From: Corallochytrium limacisporum Hawaii
Taxonomy: Eukaryota > Protista > Pluriformea
Direction of reading: 5' to 3'
DNA: 64,000 nucleotides
Assembly (NCBI GenBank): GCA_002811645.1
Contig: PDIP01000017.1
Coordinates: forward strand, 1 to 64,000
Part shown: positions 62,722-64,000 of the stretch, piece by piece
Position numbering within the stretch: position 1 is the stretch's first letter
Layout: the number at the start of each line of letters is the position of its first letter
Notes under the pieces: generated by a model
The model's input: the letters and a program-made list of their open reading frames with translations, nothing else
The model's database searches: none
What the model was told of the DNA's origin: nothing
Translations under genes and position numbers: made by a program

Positions 62722-64000
62722 ATGTTTACGACATTTAGATCGGGCCATAGGTCACTGTGGCAGCGGACTGGAGTCTCGCAACAAAAGACACAGATCTCAA
62801 CGGTCTCAAAGTCGCTTCGGGCGGCAGCAGCAGCGTTGGAAACATACTCCGAAACAGACAGCCAGAACCGCCGACCAGTTAAACGGCCGAAGAATATGGT
62901 CAATTATGAAGTACTCCCACATGCCACCAACATGTACGACGCTGGAACAGACTATCGCAATGGTCACTTTGCTGACTTCAGCCGATATGTCGATATCAAG
63001 TTCAAACTAGATCAGAATTTCATCAATAGTTACAAGACCCGGGTCCCCCCCTTCGGATTCAATGGCCTCGGAGAATTGGTATACAAGAGAACGTACAGCC
63101 GTCTTCTTGAAGATGGGTCGCATGAAGAATGGTACCAAACGGTGGCTCGAGTGGTAGAGGGAACATTCACCATACAGAAGCGACACCAGACAGCATTCCA
63201 ACTGGCTTGGAATGAGTCCGAAAGACAGAAACGGGCGCAGATGATGTTTGAACGCATCTACGACATGAAGTTCCTGCCTCCTGGGCGAGGACTTTGGGCA
63301 ATGGGCACCAAACTCACAGAAGAACGGTTCCTGTATGCGGCTCTGAACAACTGCGCCTTTGTGAGCACGCAGGATATGCACAATCCTCAATTTGGACAGA
63401 AGGCCATGCCGTTCAAGTTTCTGATCGATATGAGCATGCTTGGAGTCGGTGTTGGCTTTGATTGCCGTGGTGCGGACGCTAGTCCCCATGATGGATCACA
63501 CATCAAAGTAACACAGCCACAAGGATTTCGCAAGGTTACCATTCCGGACAGCCGAGAGGGATGGGTTCAGTCTGTGGAAATGCTCCTGAACGCCTACTTT
63601 GAAGGTACTGAGGAGGTTGAATTCGACTACAGCCACATTCGTCCAGCTGGTGCTCCCATCCATGGCTTTGGGGGCACATGCGCCGGACCGGAAGCCGTAG
63701 AGAAATTGCACGGTGCCATCCGGGAGACCCTGCAACCTCTAGTCGGCAAGAACATTACCACAACCGCAATCGTGGATCTTATGAACTTTATCGGTCGGTG
63801 TGCCGTCAGTGGCAATGCCCGTCAGACCGCAGAGATTGCCTTTGGAGACCACAATAGCCAGGAATATCTGGACCTGAAAAACTACGAGGCAAATCCACAG
63901 AGGATGGAATACGGATGGGTGTCCAACAACAGTATCTTCTGTGAGGCGGGAATGGACTACGGTCCAGCTGCAGAACGTGTGGCTCTGAATGGTGAGCCTG
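62722..64000 (+). CDS. nrdJ: Class II adenosylcobalamin-dependent ribonucleoside-triphosphate reductase (monomeric RTPR/NrdJ type), 5' part, truncated by window end
   Basis: Manual frame +1 translation, open from 62479 to the end: PFGFNGLGELVYKRTYSR, EEWYQTVARVVEG, KFLPPGRGLWAMG, ALNNCAFVS (redox-Cys region), PFKFLIDMSMLGVGVGFD, IPDSREGW, DYSHIRPAGAPIHGFGG, GWVSNNS, NGEP. These motifs correspond to Lactobacillus leichmannii-type RTPR. Start uncertain (in-frame ATGs at 62614, 62722, 62896, 62932). Confidence 0.93.
   Translation, partial: MFTTFRSGHRSLWQRTGVSQQKTQISTVSKSLRAAAAALETYSETDSQNRRPVKRPKNMVNYEVLPHATNMYDAGTDYRNGHFADFSRYVDIKFKLDQNFINSYKTRVPPFGFNGLGELVYKRTYSRLLEDGSHEEWYQTVARVVEGTFTIQKRHQTAFQLAWNESERQKRAQMMFERIYDMKFLPPGRGLWAMGTKLTEERFLYAALNNCAFVSTQDMHNPQFGQKAMPFKFLIDMSMLGVGVGFDCRGADASPHDGSHIKVTQPQGFRKVTIPDSREGWVQSVEMLLNAYFEGTEEVEFDYSHIRPAGAPIHGFGGTCAGPEAVEKLHGAIRETLQPLVGKNITTTAIVDLMNFIGRCAVSGNARQTAEIAFGDHNSQEYLDLKNYEANPQRMEYGWVSNNSIFCEAGMDYGPAAERVALNGEP

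Overview
Eukaryotic nuclear DNA from a draft short-read-type assembly with six N-gaps, mostly at (CT)n microsatellites or G-runs. A dense core of apparently intronless housekeeping genes (about 12.6-46.3 kb) holds PrimPol, Nup62/Nsp1, a TOM1-family VHS-GAT adaptor, an SNRK kinase, fungal-type homoserine dehydrogenase, Sin3, Mic60, Med21, MCRS1, NAA25 and a SAM-ankyrin protein. Two long gene-poor stretches flank it (about 1-12.5 kb and 46.3-60 kb). Outside them lie a small type-I membrane protein at the left end, and at the right end an ML/NPC2-family lipid-binding protein and the 5' part of a class II (adenosylcobalamin-dependent, monomeric RTPR/NrdJ-type) ribonucleotide reductase. The ORF track misses this RNR because it runs off the window. 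Animal-like SNRK/TOM1 together with homoserine dehydrogenase and no visible introns suggest an intron-poor unicellular holozoan such as Corallochytrium (inference only). Most notable: the B12-dependent RNR has an N-terminal extension resembling a mitochondrial presequence, followed by stronger in-frame ATGs (possible dual targeting). Also notable are recurrent intergenic C(n)G(n) palindromes and a K-Ras-like polybasic+CaaX tail on SNRK. No tRNA, rRNA, CRISPR array or intact transposon was recognised.
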